38,179 nt of DNA. Origin: Hydrurus foetidus. Lineage: Eukaryota. Positions 35,073-38,179 of this stretch are shown one piece after another (the stretch's first letter is position 1; every line of letters starts with the position of its first letter). A program made the position numbers and the translations under genes. The stretch is taken from assembly GCA_900617105.1 (NCBI GenBank), contig UYFQ01000589.1, positions 1 to 38,179 on the forward strand. Direction: 5' to 3'. The notes under the pieces are model-generated. The model saw only the letters and a program-made list of their open reading frames with translations, had not been told where the DNA came from and ran no database searches.

Positions 35073-35861
35073 GTGACGTCACTACCCACCAGCATCCATA
35101 GTTTCCTAGTGTTCATTCGTGTTTTTCGCCGTCTTCCAGTGCTTCGCTGGAAAAGTTTAAGAAATCCCTCGTGAAGAGGACTTTCCAGAGTTTCCTCTAC
35201 TCCGAGATCGATTGTTTTTGGCGGAGCAACGTGCTGTTCGAGAGGAACTCGAAAACCGCTGCCAACTCCGGAGATTACCTACACCGACGACGATCCAGAT
35301 CGTCCGCCTGACAATCCTCCGTCTAATCCATCAACTTTTACCGACCCACGTCCGTGGACAGTAGATCCTACAGTCCTACGTCATTCTCTTGATAGAGAAA
35401 CCGCGAGTTCATCGCTTTATAACGCCTCTAATTACTACTCTACTCCTTCCATACGCCCAGCACTCTCTTGCGTAACCTCTGCACCTTCAGCTTTTAAGCG
35501 AAGTCGACCGGTTTTCAAACCGAGAACAGTTGGGAAGCGACTTCCAGCAAGTTCGCTCCGCTGTATACCGAGGTTTCAACACGAAACCTTGTCGAATTTG
35601 TTGGAAACCAACGAATTTCTGAGTGTTACGCCTGTTTCTGTTTTGCAAACTCGACCAACTTATAAGTCGACATTCACACCGGTTCAACAAACCGAGTCAA
35701 ACCTAAGCAATCCACTTAGAGAGAAAAACGTTCCGGGGTTATATCCCGTTGAGCGTGGAAACGCTTCTTACGAGGCGTCGGGAGATAGTTTTCTATACGA
35801 AAATCTCCAGAATATAATTCCAACACTTCGTGTGGAATTATTGACTGAAAACACTCACCCT

Positions 35862-38179
35862 ATGGTGAAGAAGAACCCTGTTCAGCCTTTACGGCGTGGA
35901 TCTAACCCGCAAACAAGGCGGAGAAACCCCTTGATGGAGTCGGAGTATGAGAATTCAACTTTGGAAGAAAATTCTGATTTACCCGCTTCATATGCGGATG
36001 ATAACCCTGATGAGGGAGATATGGACATGGAATCCTTTCCTTCTGATCAACATCTGACTGATCTAGAAGAGTGTGGAGAGATTCCATACGACGCCCAAAG
36101 TCCTTTTCAGGAACTTGTTGAAACCGAACCGTCGATTTCGAGTAGCTCGTCGAGCTCATCCAGCGTCATTGCTGTACCGCGGACTCCTGAACCTCGCGTT
36201 CCCGATCCTACCCTGCTTAACGCAGCAGTCGCACCCATCGTTAGCGATGGAGTACCACGTGAGAAACCACGTGAGCAACAGAGACAGATACCTCTCTCGC
36301 CCGTCGTCATCGACGTAGTACCCAACCCACAACCGAACCCTCAGTACAATATGGAACAGGTTACGACGGCGTTGAAGCAGACAATGACTGGCGGTTTGAA
36401 CCTACAGAAACCGTTATTCATCATTGATACCCCAGAGATAACTGGAGAACAAGCTGCCCAGTTTCAGAACCAAGCCAATCAATGGCATGAGAACTTCCTG
36501 GTACACCAGGTGGTGGTTAACCCTGCCACCTATGTGGTACAGTATGCGTTCGCGAGCGATCCAGAGTTCACTCTGATCCCTCCAAGCAAATACTCAACAT
36601 GGTACAATCATGTTACAGTCAAACAGGCTGCCCAAATCATAACCAAATACTTTGGCGACAGAAATGATATTGGTAGAACACTCGTTGAGAACTTCTCACG
36701 ACTTGAAATCTCTTTCTGTTACACCAACGCAGACATTGAGAGAAAATCCTTCATGGCTCTCAAGGCGTTAACAACGGTCTATGAGAATACCCAACCGATC
36801 ACTCCGGCGCAGCATGCTGCACTGATAGTTACGATCGAGAAAAAACTGAAACCGGATAGTCAGCTTAAAAGCGACTATTTCGCGGCTCGTGGCAACGAGG
36901 GTAAACCTATACCGAACGAAACGTGGGAACAAGCGTTCACTCGTCTTGGTAAATGCATCTTCAATGTTAGGAAGCTCGTTGAACGAGTTGCTAATTATGG
37001 CGATACCTCCGCTATTCATACTCTGTTTAGCAAATACCAGGAGCAGGAGACTCGGCAGGCCAGAACACCGATAATCCCTGAACAGCGTTCGTACGCTGCC
37101 GCTGTCTACCTCAAGTCAGCGCTGGCTAACTCACCAGCTAACCCTCAACCTTCTGCTGCACCTGCACATGCTCATGCACATGCATCCTCACCCAGTGCAG
37201 CAGTGCTGAGGAGACCAACAACTGAATCAATAATTCAGTTGTTGCCGCAACCAGCGCCAATCCCATGTCGCTCATGCGGTCACACTGGACATGAAGTCAG
37301 ACTCTGTCCAGTTCTGTTTCGCACAGACGCCAACCATAGTGAACTCCACCTTCAATGGAAAGATTCAACAGCGGGTAAGATGTGGCATTCATATGGCTTC
37401 GAAGCTTATGATGATGGAGCCCAACTACCAAACCATGCTGTCCGCTACCTGGTCAAACCAGTGTCCGAGTTTAGATACTCGATGCTCCAACTACCCAACA
37501 AGCGTGCTCGTTTTGACAATGGGGGAGCTACCGTACCTACGTTACCCGGTCAACACGACCCCGCTAACAATGCACAGTACGCAGAAACACGCAGAAACAG
37601 AAAACAAGGTAAATCTGTTTCCTTAAACGCTATTGTTGCAGCCTCTATAACCAGAATAGAGATTGATTCTAACTTCTTATCTTCCTGGATTTTTATTAAT
37701 CAGCGAAGTATAGTCAAGGACGGGGTGCGGGTCCAAGTGCATACCAGCCCCAACAACCACCACCATCCCACCCTTAGGGCTGAACGAGTTCTGGCAAAGG
37801 TCCTACTCGACACCGGGAGTCTCCCTGGCGACTTTATTAGTCAAGATTTTGTAATTAGTTTAAATGCTCAAGATTTTGTTTATACTTCATCTAAAGCTTT
37901 AACTATATGTTCGGGTCTAGATAACACATGTTATGTTAGGGACCAAGTAATTGATATTGGAATGACTTTTGTCACCCATAATTTATTAATTAATACCATT
38001 TTCTTAACGGTGCGGATTATTCCAAACACCATTGACTTAATTCTGGGCCGAAATACTCTTAAGAAATATGACTTCTTCGAGAAGACTCCCTACGAAATAG
38101 GGAGGCCTAATATGGAGAACTCCTTCGAAAGAATGAAAGTTTTCTTATCTGCTGAGTGCATTCCGTCGGAATGTGTGGA
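35862..38179 (+). CDS. gag-pol: gag-protease polyprotein, open to the window edge (absent from the ORF track)
   Basis: One stop-free frame from 35175, first ATG at 35862. CCHC knuckle CRSCGHTGHEVRLC at 37266; protease VLLDTGS with catalytic D at 37809. Confidence 0.9.
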   Translation, partial: MVKKNPVQPLRRGSNPQTRRRNPLMESEYENSTLEENSDLPASYADDNPDEGDMDMESFPSDQHLTDLEECGEIPYDAQSPFQELVETEPSISSSSSSSSSVIAVPRTPEPRVPDPTLLNAAVAPIVSDGVPREKPREQQRQIPLSPVVIDVVPNPQPNPQYNMEQVTTALKQTMTGGLNLQKPLFIIDTPEITGEQAAQFQNQANQWHENFLVHQVVVNPATYVVQYAFASDPEFTLIPPSKYSTWYNHVTVKQAAQIITKYFGDRNDIGRTLVENFSRLEISFCYTNADIERKSFMALKALTTVYENTQPITPAQHAALIVTIEKKLKPDSQLKSDYFAARGNEGKPIPNETWEQAFTRLGKCIFNVRKLVERVANYGDTSAIHTLFSKYQEQETRQARTPIIPEQRSYAAAVYLKSALANSPANPQPSAAPAHAHAHASSPSAAVLRRPTTESIIQLLPQPAPIPCRSCGHTGHEVRLCPVLFRTDANHSELHLQWKDSTAGKMWHSYGFEAYDDGAQLPNHAVRYLVKPVSEFRYSMLQLPNKRARFDNGGATVPTLPGQHDPANNAQYAETRRNRKQGKSVSLNAIVAASITRIEIDSNFLSSWIFINQRSIVKDGVRVQVHTSPNNHHHPTLRAERVLAKVLLDTGSLPGDFISQDFVISLNAQDFVYTSSKALTICSGLDNTCYVRDQVIDIGMTFVTHNLLINTIFLTVRIIPNTIDLILGRNTLKKYDFFEKTPYEIGRPNMENSFERMKVFLSAECIPSECV

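Larger units (their letters stand above)
34877..38179 (+). mobile_element. second Ty3/gypsy LTR retrotransposon (5' LTR, gag, protease), continues beyond the window
   Basis: LTR-like segment followed by a long gag-protease frame. Protease end DLILGRNTLKKYDF resembles ELLLSRNTVNKYDF of the first gypsy element. Confidence 0.88.

Overview
Eukaryotic, intron-rich genomic DNA, probably a stramenopile/ochrophyte alga (inferred from the CoDi-type copia element, the cytochrome b5 loop insertion and the LOV-like PAS domains). A central block of five spliced host genes is flanked by two nests of transposons. The genes are: a 9-exon pRiA4b-ORF3-like plus Myb-like protein, cytochrome b5, a coiled-coil protein with two LOV-like PAS domains, a DHHC palmitoyltransferase, and a membrane RING-H2 E3 ligase. 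Left nest: a Ty3/gypsy chromovirus (pol, PPT, 3' LTR) inserted into the integrase of an oppositely oriented Ty1/copia element, followed by a 740-bp TIR element. Right nest: a 1042-bp element with 64-bp TIRs and a 9-bp TSD, then a decayed DIRS/Ngaro-type tyrosine-recombinase retrotransposon whose recombinase ORF is interrupted by a second gypsy element. The most unusual signals are in the copia element. Its primer-binding-site position holds a perfect 10-nt complement to its own LTR rather than a tRNA-type site (possible Tf1-like self-priming), and gag and pol are in frame, separated by one UGA-C stop (possible readthrough). All gene models and domain calls were made by eye; no database searches were run.
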